From: Pirellulales bacterium
GTDB lineage: Bacteria > Planctomycetota > Planctomycetia > Pirellulales > PALSA-1355
Reading direction: 5' to 3'
NCBI GenBank assembly: GCA_963733035.1
Contig: CAVTBU010000005.1
Span: forward strand, 352,001-416,000
Length of the DNA stretch: 64,000 nucleotides
Every line of letters starts with the position of its first letter. The first letter of the stretch is position 1. The position numbers were made by a program, and so were the translations under genes. This document shows, one piece after another, positions 31,227 to 42,384 of this stretch. The notes under the pieces were generated by a model that worked only from the letters and a program-made list of their open reading frames with translations, was not told the DNA's origin and did not search any database.

Positions 31227-31418
31227 GGCAGTAGAGCTCCCAACTTTGTGTTCCGGTGCCTAGAGCGAACCGGGAAGTGCTTTCCCCCGGCAGAATGCCC
31301 CCTAGCAGGCAATTCTAGCTCTTCGACGCTAGAGACGGGACCAAAGTTCCCAGCGGAATTTGGGAAATTGGCGAAAAGACGCGGCCCCTTGGCGGCACTA
31401 GCTGATTGTCGGCCGCGG

Positions 31419-33020
31419 CTAGCCGAAGAACGGCCGCAATGTCTCGATTGCGGTGATCGTGGCGAGCACGGAGAAGAAGATTCCGCCGATGAGCAAGCCA
31501 ATCCGCGAAATCCAGCCGGGCCGGAGTTCGGGCGGCAACAGCGTAACGTTGATCACCAGGGTATGGAAACAACTGAATCCGAGCGCGAAGTTCATGATGG
31601 TGGTCGCCGTGGTCAACAGGCCTAGCGGCTTACCGGTGGAGAGCAGCACCAAACCCAACAACATGTATCCCATGAGCACACCGAAATAGACTACTCGAAT
31701 GTGTTTGGGATCCCAGTTTCGCAGTCGAGGGCTCGAAGTCCAGATCACATCCACCCAGCGACGGATCGCGCCGTCGGCACTGGTGGCCATGGTGGGAGCG
31801 AGCACAAGGAAGCCGCACAACAGCGTGCCGTACCACATGATCGTGCCGGCCGTCACGCCCCAACTGGCCGCGACCGTGGAACGCACCCCATCGGCCGTCA
31901 TGCCCGCGGCATACCAGTCGCTGGCCTCGGTTCCGCGCGGCAGGAACTGCACCGACAGCATGCTCGGCAGAGCCATGCCCAGAAAACAAGCTGGCATCCA
32001 GATGACGATCTGGTCGCGGCGCACGTGCTTGACCCAATGCTTCCAGCGTGAGAGGGCGTCTCTCGTGACCGGGAACACCATGCCGACGTGCGAAAGTTCG
32101 ATATCGCGACCGCCGATCACGCTGGGGATGGCACCCACGTGGCGCCCCATACCCCAGCCCTGGTCGCGGGTGTAATTGCTAATCGGTGTGTTCGAAAGAC
32201 CACCGCAGCCGGCCACGGCGGCAAACGCCGCCAGAATGGCAATCGTGCTGAAGTCGATCGTCGGAAAGCCGCGACCCTGTATCAGAGCGAGAAAGATGTT
32301 CTCAGTCGCGTCGTCGGCACCCCCTTGAACCGGCACCGTGCCAAACCGCACAAAGCCCGTGATGATCTCGCTCCAAGTGTCGAAGTTCGAAAAGAAGATC
32401 GCCAGAAACAGCAGGAAACCCAGGACGGTGACAATCTTGAACGACATCACGAGCTTGAGGGTGTTGTAGATCTTGCCGCCAAAAACCAACGGCAACATGG
32501 CCAACAGAAACACGGCAATGCCCAGGCCGCGGACGAGCGCTTCATCCCCTGCGCCCGACGGAATGCGGCCGAGATAGACCGCGGCTAGCGGTGTGGCCGC
32601 GTTGGCGGCCAAGTAGGGAAACACGGCGCCGAAATCGAGCAGCAGGTAGATGAAGAGCCAGAATCGTGGCCCGGGAAGCGTGCGAAATTTGCCCGTGAAA
32701 ATCGGCTCGCCGGTATAGAGCGTGTAGCGGCTGATCTCGATGTTGTAGAAAACCTGGCCGAGGATGCTGAGCGTGGCCAGCCACATTAGCGCCCCGCCGT
32801 AGCGAGCCGTGACCGCCGGGCCCGCCAGCCATTCTCCGCCGCCGATTGCCGAGCCCCCTACCAGCAGGCCAGGGCCCAGCATCGCGAACCAGTTCTGCCA
32901 GGTGAAGCGTGGAGCGTCGACCAGCGGGCCGACGTCCCAGCGGGGCATTTGATGCGAACCGGGCCATGGCGCAACCGGCGCGTCTTCGCGCTCGGCCGAG
33001 GCGATTGTAGCTTCCGCCAT
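31419..33020 (-). CDS. Nramp-like (APC superfamily) membrane transporter
   Basis: Motifs LGPG......IGGGEW and EISRYTLYTGE, with about 11-12 TM helices. It lacks the DPGN motif of true MntH. Confidence 0.75.
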   Translation of the reverse strand: MAEATIASAEREDAPVAPWPGSHQMPRWDVGPLVDAPRFTWQNWFAMLGPGLLVGGSAIGGGEWLAGPAVTARYGGALMWLATLSILGQVFYNIEISRYTLYTGEPIFTGKFRTLPGPRFWLFIYLLLDFGAVFPYLAANAATPLAAVYLGRIPSGAGDEALVRGLGIAVFLLAMLPLVFGGKIYNTLKLVMSFKIVTVLGFLLFLAIFFSNFDTWSEIITGFVRFGTVPVQGGADDATENIFLALIQGRGFPTIDFSTIAILAAFAAVAGCGGLSNTPISNYTRDQGWGMGRHVGAIPSVIGGRDIELSHVGMVFPVTRDALSRWKHWVKHVRRDQIVIWMPACFLGMALPSMLSVQFLPRGTEASDWYAAGMTADGVRSTVAASWGVTAGTIMWYGTLLCGFLVLAPTMATSADGAIRRWVDVIWTSSPRLRNWDPKHIRVVYFGVLMGYMLLGLVLLSTGKPLGLLTTATTIMNFALGFSCFHTLVINVTLLPPELRPGWISRIGLLIGGIFFSVLATITAIETLRPFFG

Positions 33021-33330
33021 CTAAAACTTCCCGTGCCTGGGGTGCAGGGAGCCGGCCGCGCCCTTCACTCCGAAGACGGCCGCCAACGTCCGGAGCGGCC
33101 ACTCGCAAGCGTTTCGGGAGACCGAGCCAGGACCGCACCATGGGCCGGTCAAGGCCGGAAAAACGCCGTCGCCGCCGGCTCCGGGCTATTCGTTTTACCG
33201 TCCGTGGCAAACCTACCAGGTACGTGTATAACCGGCCGCGTGGGCGGCGTCCACCATTGTCCGCGCGACACGCAAAAAAGTTCCCGACCGTGGCAGACTT
33301 TGACGATTACCTCGGGGGCGATTCGCCCCT

Positions 33331-33507
33331 CTACAGTGCTCCGCGACGGTCCTCGAAGAAGGCCACGAGCGCAAAGGTGGCGATCGGCCCTAGCAACAGC
33401 GACAACAAGAACCAGTTCAGCCCGCTGCGGTATTTTCCCTGGGCCAGGCCGGCATTGATGAGCGCGAGCGTGCCCCAGCCAACGAAGTATGGCGAAGGAT
33501 CGTGCAT
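33331..33507 (-). CDS. Small two-TM membrane protein (58 aa)
   Basis: MHDPSPYFVGWGTLALINAGLAQGKYRSGLNWFLLSLLLGPIATFALVAFFEDRRGAL, with a GGAG RBS. It is hidden inside the longer 33331..33780 track ORF. Confidence 0.75.
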   Translation of the reverse strand: MHDPSPYFVGWGTLALINAGLAQGKYRSGLNWFLLSLLLGPIATFALVAFFEDRRGAL

Positions 33508-33542
33508 GGTTTTCTCCGGGTGGCCGGCAAGTACGAGCGGTC

Positions 33543-34121
33543 CTATCGATGCGACCGTTCCATTCCGAAGTTGAGCTTGAGCTGGGGATCCTTCTCGCAG
33601 TCGGGATTCAATTCCTTGAACAGCAGGCTCGGTTGAATGTCGCGATTGTGTTGGTACTTGTCGCTGGAGTACTCGGTGAAAGAGCCGTTTATCTCGTGGT
33701 AGAAGATCTGGCAGATGGGTACGCCGGGATAGATCCGCACCGGCTGCACGGCAAACATCTCCAACGTCCAATAGCCGCAAAAACCCACGTCGCCGAAGCC
33801 AGCGGTCACGTGCACAAATAGCCCTAGACGGCCAACCGACGAGCGCCCCTCGATCATCGGCACCAGGTCGTGCGTTTCGGTTCGTTCGACGGTCCGACCC
33901 AGATAGAGTTGGTTTGGACCCAAGACGACTCCCTCGGGCGGAATCGTGATCCGGCGGACGCGATTCGGTTTCGCCATGTCGAGCACAACCTCTTCGTAGG
34001 TCATCAGCTCGTTGTGCAACGTGAGGTTGTAGCTGTTGGGGTTGAGATTCGCCTCGTTGAACGGATCGATCACGATCGAGCTGCCCAGGCGACGCCGAAT
34101 TTCATGTCCGGAAAGAATCAT
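33543..34121 (-). CDS. dcd: dCTP deaminase
   Basis: Motifs MILS, NPNSYNLTL, EGRSSVGRLGL, TAGFGDVGF.G..TLE and QI.Y...KYQ. Confidence 0.93.
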   Translation of the reverse strand: MILSGHEIRRRLGSSIVIDPFNEANLNPNSYNLTLHNELMTYEEVVLDMAKPNRVRRITIPPEGVVLGPNQLYLGRTVERTETHDLVPMIEGRSSVGRLGLFVHVTAGFGDVGFCGYWTLEMFAVQPVRIYPGVPICQIFYHEINGSFTEYSSDKYQHNRDIQPSLLFKELNPDCEKDPQLKLNFGMERSHR

Positions 34122-34189
34122 GGCTTTGCTGCCTTTCGGCTAACGGTTCTCCAAGGCCGGCTGGCGCCGTAACTGCTGTCGTGATGCGA

Positions 34190-34873
34190 TCAGACCGTTG
34201 CCTCCACGCCGATCCGCGGGCAGATGTCGGCCAGCGGGCACACCTCGCATTTCGGTTTGCGGGCCACGCAAATCTGCCGTCCGTGGGCGATCATGCGGTG
34301 CGAAAAATCAACCCACTCGCGCTTCGGCAAGAGGGCGATCAGGTCGCGTTCGATCTTCACCGCGTCGCTATGTCGCGTGAGGCCCAGACGTTTGCTCAAA
34401 CGAGTGACGTGTGTGTCAACGACCACACCGGTGGGAATGCCATAGGCCGTGCCTAGCACGACGTTTCCCGTTTTGCGTCCCACGCCGGCCAGCTTGACCA
34501 TCGTGTCGAGATCCCGGGGCACTCGGCCGCCGTAGTTTTCGACCAGTTCGGTGCAGCAGGATTTGATGTTTTTGGCCTTGTTACGAAAGAAGCCCGTACT
34601 CTGAATCGCCCGCTCGAGCTGAGGCAGCTTCGCGCTGGCAAACGCCCGGGCATCGGGATACTTCTTGAACAGGTCCTTCGTGACGATGTTCACCCGGGTG
34701 TCAGTACACTGGGCCGAGAGAATGGTGGCAATCAGAAGCTGCAGCGGCGTTTTAAAGTTGAGCGCACAGTGCGCGTCGGGATAGGCCGCCTTCAGCCGCC
34801 TGACAACTTGGGCGGCATGGCGCTTTGCGTCGGCAGTCGCAACCATGCGGAGCCTGGCGGATTTCGGGGGCAA
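34190..34873 (-). CDS. nth: Endonuclease III
   Basis: LLIATILSAQCTD, HhH motif L.GVGRKT, VDTHV and the Fe-S motif C.ARKPKCEVCPLADIC. The start may be 34846. Confidence 0.95.
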   Translation of the reverse strand: MPPKSARLRMVATADAKRHAAQVVRRLKAAYPDAHCALNFKTPLQLLIATILSAQCTDTRVNIVTKDLFKKYPDARAFASAKLPQLERAIQSTGFFRNKAKNIKSCCTELVENYGGRVPRDLDTMVKLAGVGRKTGNVVLGTAYGIPTGVVVDTHVTRLSKRLGLTRHSDAVKIERDLIALLPKREWVDFSHRMIAHGRQICVARKPKCEVCPLADICPRIGVEATV

Positions 34874-34974
34874 AGACGAGTTGCTAACACACGCGGCCCC
34901 CGGTTTATCCCTCCGGCGGCCCGCTAATTGTCGCGCACGTGAACGGCGGGGTCAAGTATGCGAAATTGCGCGCC

Positions 34975-35760
34975 CTAGTACTCGTCCGTAAAGCGGCGGA
35001 ACAGGGCCCGGGCATTTCGGGTGGTCTGTTCGCAGAAATCTGTGACCGTTTGACCCCGCGCGTTGGCCAGGCAAGTCGCCGTGTGCACGACGTTGGCCGG
35101 CTCGTTGCGCTTTCCACGCAAGGGCTCGGGCGAGAGGTAGGGGCTGTCCGTCTCAACCAGAATGCGATCTTCGGGAATCGTGGTGGCCACTTCGCGCAGG
35201 GCATCGGACTTTTTATAGGTGACCATGCCAGCGAAGCTGATGTAGAGCCCCATGGCTACGCACTCGCCCGCCGTCTCGAGGCTGCCCGTGAACGAGTGCA
35301 TCACGCCTCGAAGCGGGCCGCGGCGATAGGCCTCGCGGAGCATTTCGAGGATGTCGGCCTCGCAATCGCGCATGTGTACGATGAACGGCAGATCGCGGTC
35401 CTGCGAGAGCCGCAGGTGGCGGTCGAAATAATCCTGCTGCAGTTCCAGCGGCGAGTCGTTCCAATGACGATCGAGACCCGTCTCGCCAATTGCCACAACC
35501 CGCGGCCGGTTGACCAGTGCAACGATACGGCCCCAGTCTCCCAACTCGGCCTCAGCCGTATAGTTGGGCTGGATACCCACGGCGGCATACACACTTGTAT
35601 TGTGCTCCGCCAAATCGCACACCACCTCGCTGGTAACCGCGGTGGTGCCGACCGCCACAATCGCCTCGACGCCGGCCTGCGCTGCCCGGGCAATCACCTC
35701 TGCCCGATCGGCGTTGAATTCCTTCTGATTGATGTGGGCGTGCGTGTCGATGAGGGGCAT
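34975..35760 (-). CDS. tatD: TatD-family DNase
   Basis: Motifs IDTHAH, AIGETGLD, VHMRD, GVMHSF, LVETDSPYLSP and RGKRNEP. Confidence 0.93.
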   Translation of the reverse strand: MPLIDTHAHINQKEFNADRAEVIARAAQAGVEAIVAVGTTAVTSEVVCDLAEHNTSVYAAVGIQPNYTAEAELGDWGRIVALVNRPRVVAIGETGLDRHWNDSPLELQQDYFDRHLRLSQDRDLPFIVHMRDCEADILEMLREAYRRGPLRGVMHSFTGSLETAGECVAMGLYISFAGMVTYKKSDALREVATTIPEDRILVETDSPYLSPEPLRGKRNEPANVVHTATCLANARGQTVTDFCEQTTRNARALFRRFTDEY

Positions 35761-35845
35761 GGGTCGTATTATGGCTTGGGCTGGCTCGCTCGATGAGCGC
35801 TGGTCACTCCGGCATACGGGAGAAACCGTGCCGGCGGCTTGGCCG

Positions 35846-36301
35846 CTACCGCTTCACCCACGTCGCGCCGACTTTGGCAACTTCGGCCGCCAACTCCTCG
35901 AGCGATTCGAGATGGCCGCGGGCGCTACCCAAGGCTTCTTCGGCGAGTGATCGAGCTTCAAAGTCGCCCTGCAATTGTCCCATATAACGTTCGATCGAGT
36001 CGACGTCGTTCTTCTGGCAGGCGACCAGTTTGCCGACGAGGTAGTCGAACGCGAGGTCGTTGGTGTCGGGAAAGTCGAGCGGATAATCGCCGAGTTCGAC
36101 GGGGCCGTAGTGATCGACAATGTGCTGGCCAATGCGCGTGGCAAGCTGTTCCTGGTCTTCGACGATGTGATGCAGGACCTCGACGGCTTTTTCGTCGCCC
36201 CGATGCGTCCAGGGCGCAGCATCGGTCAGATACATAGGAAGCGAACGATACAGAACCGTCAGCAGACGATTGAGCGCGTCGTGATTGCCAGGCTTGCTCA
36301 T
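35846..36301 (-). CDS. Hypothetical ferritin-like four-helix protein
   Basis: Helical acidic ORF co-oriented downstream of nuoN. The fold is inferred only. Confidence 0.6.
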   Translation of the reverse strand: MSKPGNHDALNRLLTVLYRSLPMYLTDAAPWTHRGDEKAVEVLHHIVEDQEQLATRIGQHIVDHYGPVELGDYPLDFPDTNDLAFDYLVGKLVACQKNDVDSIERYMGQLQGDFEARSLAEEALGSARGHLESLEELAAEVAKVGATWVKR

Positions 36302-36325
36302 GCGCGGTTCCGTGCAAAACGATTC

Positions 36326-38089
36326 TTAGAACAACTGCCCGGTAGCGACCCGAGCCAACAGATTCAGGCTCTCCGGCCAAATGCCGAGCACGATCAGCGG
36401 TAGGCTCACCAGCACCACAAAGGTGCCCGGAATGTACGACAGGCTCCCCGGACGGCGAGTTTCGGGCTCGGGGTCGATGGTCATAACTTTCACGACCCGC
36501 AGATAATAGTACAGACTGATCGCGGTGTTCAAGCCGGCAATCACCAGCACGACCCACATCTTGGCGGCCACCAGCGAGGCAAAGATCTGATACTTGCCGA
36601 AAAACCCAGCCAGCGGCGGGATGCCGATCAGGCTGATCAGAATGACCGAAAAGCAGATGGCCACGATCGGCGCCCGATTGATGAGCCCGGCATAGTCTTC
36701 GATCTCTTCGCTGTGCAGCATATTGCGCAGGAAGGCCACCACCGCAAAAGCACCGAGATTCATGAAGAGGTAGGCGCCCGCATAAAAGGCCATGGCGCTG
36801 ATCGCCGTGCGGGCGCTAACGGCGTCGCTACCGGCCAGCACCATGGCGGCCGCAACCGGCATCATCATGTAGCCGGCCTGGGCGATCGTAGAATACGCCA
36901 GCAACCGCTTGATGTTCGTTTGCCCGTACGCCGCCAGGTTGCCGAACGTGCAGGTGATAACCGCCACAAACGCCACCAGGCGCAAAAGGAAGTTCCGCGC
37001 AGGCTCGAGAGCGGCGATTTGAGTCTGACGGTCGGGAAGTGGCGCGAAACCGGGCGTTTCGGACGACGGTTGCTGTTCGGTGTGAGCGTCTTGGACATGC
37101 TCGGCTGTACCTTCCTTGGCGTGTTCGTCCGCCTTGGCGTCCGAGGTCTCGTCGGTCGCGTCCGCTTCACCGGAGACGTTGAACAACGCGACTTTCTGTA
37201 CCGGTGCTTCTTCAACCGGCGAAGGCACGTATCCAAATCCAATTGCCACCCGGGCCAACAGCGCCAGCGCGGCGGCCTTTGAGGCGACCGACAAGAAAGC
37301 GTTTACCTCGGCGCTGGCCCCCTCGAACACATCGGGGCACCAGAAGTGAAACGGCACGGCGGACAACTTGAACGCCAAGCCAACCATCACCATCAGTCCG
37401 CCGAGGACCAGCACCATGTGCGTGTCGACGCCGACACCTTGCTCGAGGTTGGCCGGTTGCAATAGTTCGGCCAGGCGAACCGCCATCGTTGGAATGTGTG
37501 CCGAACCGAGTACGCCGCACAAAAGGCTGATGCCGTACAGCATAATGCCGGCGGCGCCGGCGCCATAGACTGCATATTTAAGGGCCGCCTCGCTGCTCTG
37601 TCGGCGCCCCTTGAGCAAACCGGCCAGAGCATAGGACGGCACGCTTGCCATCTCCACCCCCAGAAAGATCATCAGCACATTGTTGGCCGAAGCCATGATG
37701 CACATGCCCAGCGTGGCCCCCAGCACCAGGGCATAGACGTCCGGCGCGGCATCGCGATCGGGCACGCCCGAAATGCGCGTAAAAATGGCGAATAGCACCG
37801 CGAAGAACAACAGCAGCGTACGGAAGTAAACGGTGAAAGTGTCGTAAACCAGCAAACCAGTGAATATCTCAGTGGGCTGCTCAAGCGTCTTCCAGGGACC
37901 GGCTAAATAGAGGGCCACGGCCGAGCCCGCGAGCATCACATAGAACGAGTCGATACGGCTGGTGACTCGCGGAATTCGCAGTAGGAGGAGCAGCACAATC
38001 GTAACGCAGAGCGTGAGTTCCCCTTCGAACCCAGCGGCACTGCGAATGGAATCGGCCGTCAACGAATGAATCAGATCGTACAGAGTCAC
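36326..38089 (-). CDS. nuoN: NADH-quinone oxidoreductase subunit N
   Basis: Motifs E.ASVPSYAL, EAALKY, FKLSAVPFHFW.PDV.EGA, IKRLLAYS and SL.GIPPLAGF.GK. Confidence 0.95.
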   Translation of the reverse strand: MTLYDLIHSLTADSIRSAAGFEGELTLCVTIVLLLLLRIPRVTSRIDSFYVMLAGSAVALYLAGPWKTLEQPTEIFTGLLVYDTFTVYFRTLLLFFAVLFAIFTRISGVPDRDAAPDVYALVLGATLGMCIMASANNVLMIFLGVEMASVPSYALAGLLKGRRQSSEAALKYAVYGAGAAGIMLYGISLLCGVLGSAHIPTMAVRLAELLQPANLEQGVGVDTHMVLVLGGLMVMVGLAFKLSAVPFHFWCPDVFEGASAEVNAFLSVASKAAALALLARVAIGFGYVPSPVEEAPVQKVALFNVSGEADATDETSDAKADEHAKEGTAEHVQDAHTEQQPSSETPGFAPLPDRQTQIAALEPARNFLLRLVAFVAVITCTFGNLAAYGQTNIKRLLAYSTIAQAGYMMMPVAAAMVLAGSDAVSARTAISAMAFYAGAYLFMNLGAFAVVAFLRNMLHSEEIEDYAGLINRAPIVAICFSVILISLIGIPPLAGFFGKYQIFASLVAAKMWVVLVIAGLNTAISLYYYLRVVKVMTIDPEPETRRPGSLSYIPGTFVVLVSLPLIVLGIWPESLNLLARVATGQLF

Positions 38090-38120
38090 GGTCGTGGCTG
38101 CTTCTGCTGGTATTTAAGTC

Positions 38121-39885
38121 CTACTGCGAACGATGACTGGCAACGGACGCCGCCGGAGCCGATCGAATGACGCTGGCCGTCTTGGGCTCGCCCGGCTCGA
38201 CTCGCGCGGTCCAAGCCGCCAGGTTGTCGACGGTGCGGTCCACGCTGGGAGTCATGTAGCGGAATACAAATTGGGGATATACGCCAAGCAAAATCGCAAA
38301 GGCAAACAGCGGCGCCGCAATGGCCAACTCGCGGCCGGTGATCGGCGTGAGATCTTCAGCGTGCGGGCCCTTGTATTCGGGTCCGAGGTAAACTCGCTGC
38401 AACGTCCAGAGGATGTAGGCCGCGGTCAAAACCACGACCGACGCCGCCACCACGGCCAATGCGTGGCTATAGCTCCACACGGACAGCGTCACGAACACTT
38501 CGCCGATGAACCCGCACAAACCGGGTAGTCCCAAACCGGCGAAGAAAATGCCGATCGCCAGGCCCGAGTAGACGGGCATCTTGGCGAACAGTCCGCCGAA
38601 CTGATCGAGGTTGCGGTGATGCACGCGCTCGTAAACCACGCCCACGATAAAGAACATGCCAGGCGAGGCGATTCCGTGGGCGATCATTTGGAACATGGCG
38701 CCGTTCATTCCCATCTTCCAGGCATCGGCATTGAACTGGTTGCCGGCCACGGCCGACCAGACGCCAATGCCGAGCACAACGTAGCCCATGTGACTCACCG
38801 AGCTGTAAGCAACCAGTCGCTTGAAGTCCTTTTGGGCAAGCGCCGCGAAGGCACCGTAGACCATGCTTACCACGCCCAAGGCACACACGAAGTACGCCAA
38901 TTCGTAACCAGCCGCGGGGCAGATCGGGTAGCAGATGCGAATGATGCCGTAGCCGCCCAGCTTGAGCAAAATGCCGGCCAGGATCATCGAGATCGGCGTC
39001 GGTGCTTCGACGTGGGCGTCGGGTAGCCACGTATGGAGCGGCACCGAGGGAACCTTAATCACAAAGCCGATCAATAGCAGCAGAAACGCCCACCATTGCA
39101 GTGGCTTGCCCAGGATGTCGCCATTGAAGGCGTCGGTGTGCTGGCCGAGCTGCTGCAAGGCCAGGATATTGAACGTGTGCCGGGGGGTCGAGTGAGACTG
39201 CAATTCGGCAAAGCGGGCGGCCTGATCCGACTCGCTCAGCTGGGCATCAATCACGTGCGCGGCGACGAGTTGATCCTTGTCGAGCAACTTCAAGTCGCTG
39301 GCAAAGTACAGCATCAAGATCGCAATCAGCATGAACACACCGCCCAACAGCGTGTAGAGAAAGAACTTGATTGCGGCATATTCACGCCGCGGACCGCCCC
39401 ACACGCCGATGAGGAAGTACATCGGCAACAGCATCACTTCCCAAAATACGTAGAACAGGAAGAAGTCGAGGGCCAGGAACACGCCCAAGACGCCCGTTTC
39501 GAGGATCAGAAACAGGATGCAGTAGGCTTTGACATGTTTTTGGATGGGCCAACTGGCGGCCATCGAAAGCATGGTCACAAACGTGGTAAGTAGCACCAGC
39601 GGAAAACTAATGCCGTCGAGGCCCATGAAGTAGTTGATGTCGAAGCTGGGGATCCAGCCGACCGAAAAGACCTTTTGCATGTCGGAGACGGCCGTATCGA
39701 ACTGCCAGCTTCCGCCCTCGCTCGGAAGTGCCATGACGGCCGTCAGCAAGAACACCACGGCGGTGACCACCAGCGAGAACATCTTCATCGCTTCGGTGCT
39801 CTCCCGCGGAAAAAACGCGAGCACCAGCGCCGACCGCCGGCAAGAAGACTACAAGGCTAAGCAGCGTGAGGTAGGTCGATTCCAT
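38121..39885 (-). CDS. nuoM: NADH-quinone oxidoreductase subunit M; apparent frameshift near 39828
   Basis: Motifs LDGIS, FYVFWE.MLLPMY, AAIKFFLYT, K.P..PLHTWLPDAHVEAP, LLKLGGYG and GLPGL.GF.GE. The N-terminus MESTYLTLLSLVVFLPAVGA is in another frame. Confidence 0.93.
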
Positions 39886-39951
39886 GGTCGCTTTGTTTCC
39901 AACTTTGACCACAACGTCCGGAGCAACCGAACACGCGGCCGAATAGGTTGC

Positions 39952-42384
39952 CTAGGGGCTTGCAAAGGTCGAACTCAATAGCGAAATCAGCACGAACAGC
40001 GTTACCGTACCGATGACGATGAACATTACATATTGCCGAATCCTGCCGGTCTCGGCGGCCCGCAACGTCACGCCCAGGCTGTAGGTCCAGGCGGCAAAGG
40101 TGTTGATCAGACCGTCGACGATGAAGCGATCCGCCAGGTCGTCAAGCCGGGCCAGCATGCGGGTTAAGAGCGCCAAGCCGTCGATGATGCCATCGATGAC
40201 GACCTTGTCGAAGTCGGCAACGCGGCGGGCAACGAACAACACCGGCTGCACAAAGATGACGTTATACAGCTCGTCGAAATACCACTTATTCACAAGGAAG
40301 GTATAAAGCGGCCGGAATTGGTTGGCCACTTCCTTTGGGTTCAGCCAGTTCATACCGTAAAACGCGATCGCCAAACCGAGCCCCGCCAAACCGGTGAGCG
40401 TGGCCCACCAGGTCGATGCGACGTGGATTTCTTGAATGTGCGAAAGATGCTCGTCCGGGTGCGTGAGCTCGGGCAGCAGCGCGCCATTGACCGTCGACAG
40501 AATGCCGGCGGGGCGAGCCTGTTCCAGTAGCGACTGAACGCTAACCGGCAGGAATGGCCAGCCGACGGCCACGGCAAACACCGCCAAGACGACCAGCGGG
40601 TAATACATGATCTTGGGCGATTCATGGGCGTGGTCGTAGCGATGTTGGTCGCGCGGCTTGCCGGCGAAGGTCATGAACCACAGACGGAACATGTAGAACG
40701 CCGTGATCGCGGCACCGCCCGCGGCCACGTAAAACAGCCAGCCGTACTGGGGATTCGCGTTCTTGAACGACATGGCCTGAGCCAGGATGGCGTCCTTCGA
40801 GTAGTGACCGCTCAAGCCGATGGCGAACGGCACTCCGGCACCCATGATGGCCAAGCAACCGGCCAACATCGTGTAGGCCGTGAAGGGCATCTTCTTTCGC
40901 AATCCGCCCATCTGCGTCATGTCGTTCGTATGCACGGCATGGATCACCGAGCCGGAACACATGAACAACAAGCTTTTGAAAAACGCGTGCGTGATCAAGT
41001 GGAACATGCCGGCGCTCCAGCCACCGACGCCAAGGGCCAGCATCATGTAACCGAGCTGGCTCACTGTCGAATAGGCGAGCACGCGTTTGATGTCCACGGC
41101 CACGATGGCGATCGTCGCCGCTACGAACAACGTGATGCAACCGATGATCGCAATTACCAACAGCGCCTCGGGCACGAATACCGGGAAAAATCGCCCCACC
41201 AAGTACACGCCCGCCGCGACCATCGTCGCCGAGTGAACCAGGGCGCTGACCGGAGTGGGACCTTCCATCGCGTCGGGCAACCACACGTGCAGCGGGAACT
41301 GAGCACTCTTTCCCACGCAGCCACAGAAAATACCCAAACCGGCGATGACCAGCAGCCAGTAAGCCGTGCGTCCAACGCCGCCGGGCTCCATATCGGAACG
41401 CCAGTTGGCGATTTGGTCTGTGGTCGGTTCGACTCCTTGGTCGATTTCGTCGGCAGCGGCCGCCTTGACCATGCCGTCGGGTACGACCAGTGCGTGGTGA
41501 TTGGCCTGGCTACGGACCAGTGAGAAGATGCCCGGTTCGGGCGTGCCATCACCATCGGTATCGACGTCGCCAAAGCTGAAGGTTCCCAAAGTGGCGAACA
41601 GGATCATCAAGCCGATGATCATACCGAAGTCGCCCACGCGATTGACAATGAACGCCTTGTTGGCAGCGTTCGAGGCACTTTTGCGTTCGATGTAGAAGCC
41701 AATCAGGAAGTACGAGCAAATGCCCACCAACTCCCAGAAGACAAACACCATCGCGATGTTGCCGGCGATCACGATGCCCAGCATGCTGAAGCAAAATAGC
41801 GACAGGTACTGGAAGAAACGATGAAAACGGCCGGGGCGATGGAGGTGATGGCCATCCGAGAGTGTGACCTCGTGATCGGTCACGTCGTGCAGCTCATCGT
41901 GCATGTAGCCATTGGCATAAAAATGGATACAGGTGGCGATGAATGTGACCATCGAGAACATCAACACCGTGAGTGAGTCGATGTAGTAGCTGATTGACAC
42001 GCGAAGCTTGCCGAACTGGCCAAGCGTGTACCATTCGCCGGCAACGTAGGGCTTTTCAAACGGCTCGTGATGCTCGCCGGCCGTCTTGTGTTCTTCGGTC
42101 TTGGTGTCGTGGTGGGTTTCGCCGTGCCCCTCGTCGTGAGCCGATGCGCCGTGCGAGGCTTCGGCGTGGTGTTCCGGAGGCATGTCGTAATTCGGCAACC
42201 ACACGAAGAACAAGGCGAACAGGGACAAAAGGCATGACGTCAGGATGGCGCCCGTGGCCAGGTAGCCGGCTCCCTGACCGTGCTTACCCATCCGCGGACC
42301 GAAAAACACGATCAACGCAAAGGACGCCAGCGGCACGAGCCAGGCGAGACCTAACAGTACGGGTAGCGTGGAAACCGGATCCAT
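39952..42384 (-). CDS. nuoL: NADH-quinone oxidoreductase subunit L
   Basis: Motifs WELVGICSY.LIGF, KAF.VNRVGD, GKSAQFPLHVWLPDAMEGPTPVSAL.HSATMV.AG, HAFFK and NKWYFDE. Confidence 0.96.
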   Translation of the reverse strand: MDPVSTLPVLLGLAWLVPLASFALIVFFGPRMGKHGQGAGYLATGAILTSCLLSLFALFFVWLPNYDMPPEHHAEASHGASAHDEGHGETHHDTKTEEHKTAGEHHEPFEKPYVAGEWYTLGQFGKLRVSISYYIDSLTVLMFSMVTFIATCIHFYANGYMHDELHDVTDHEVTLSDGHHLHRPGRFHRFFQYLSLFCFSMLGIVIAGNIAMVFVFWELVGICSYFLIGFYIERKSASNAANKAFIVNRVGDFGMIIGLMILFATLGTFSFGDVDTDGDGTPEPGIFSLVRSQANHHALVVPDGMVKAAAADEIDQGVEPTTDQIANWRSDMEPGGVGRTAYWLLVIAGLGIFCGCVGKSAQFPLHVWLPDAMEGPTPVSALVHSATMVAAGVYLVGRFFPVFVPEALLVIAIIGCITLFVAATIAIVAVDIKRVLAYSTVSQLGYMMLALGVGGWSAGMFHLITHAFFKSLLFMCSGSVIHAVHTNDMTQMGGLRKKMPFTAYTMLAGCLAIMGAGVPFAIGLSGHYSKDAILAQAMSFKNANPQYGWLFYVAAGGAAITAFYMFRLWFMTFAGKPRDQHRYDHAHESPKIMYYPLVVLAVFAVAVGWPFLPVSVQSLLEQARPAGILSTVNGALLPELTHPDEHLSHIQEIHVASTWWATLTGLAGLGLAIAFYGMNWLNPKEVANQFRPLYTFLVNKWYFDELYNVIFVQPVLFVARRVADFDKVVIDGIIDGLALLTRMLARLDDLADRFIVDGLINTFAAWTYSLGVTLRAAETGRIRQYVMFIVIGTVTLFVLISLLSSTFASP

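Noticed and set aside
33021..33330. Mn (yybP-ykoY) riboswitch upstream of the Nramp-like gene
   Set aside because: I could not find the conserved riboswitch motifs by eye, and the protein lacks DPGN. An Rfam scan would settle it.
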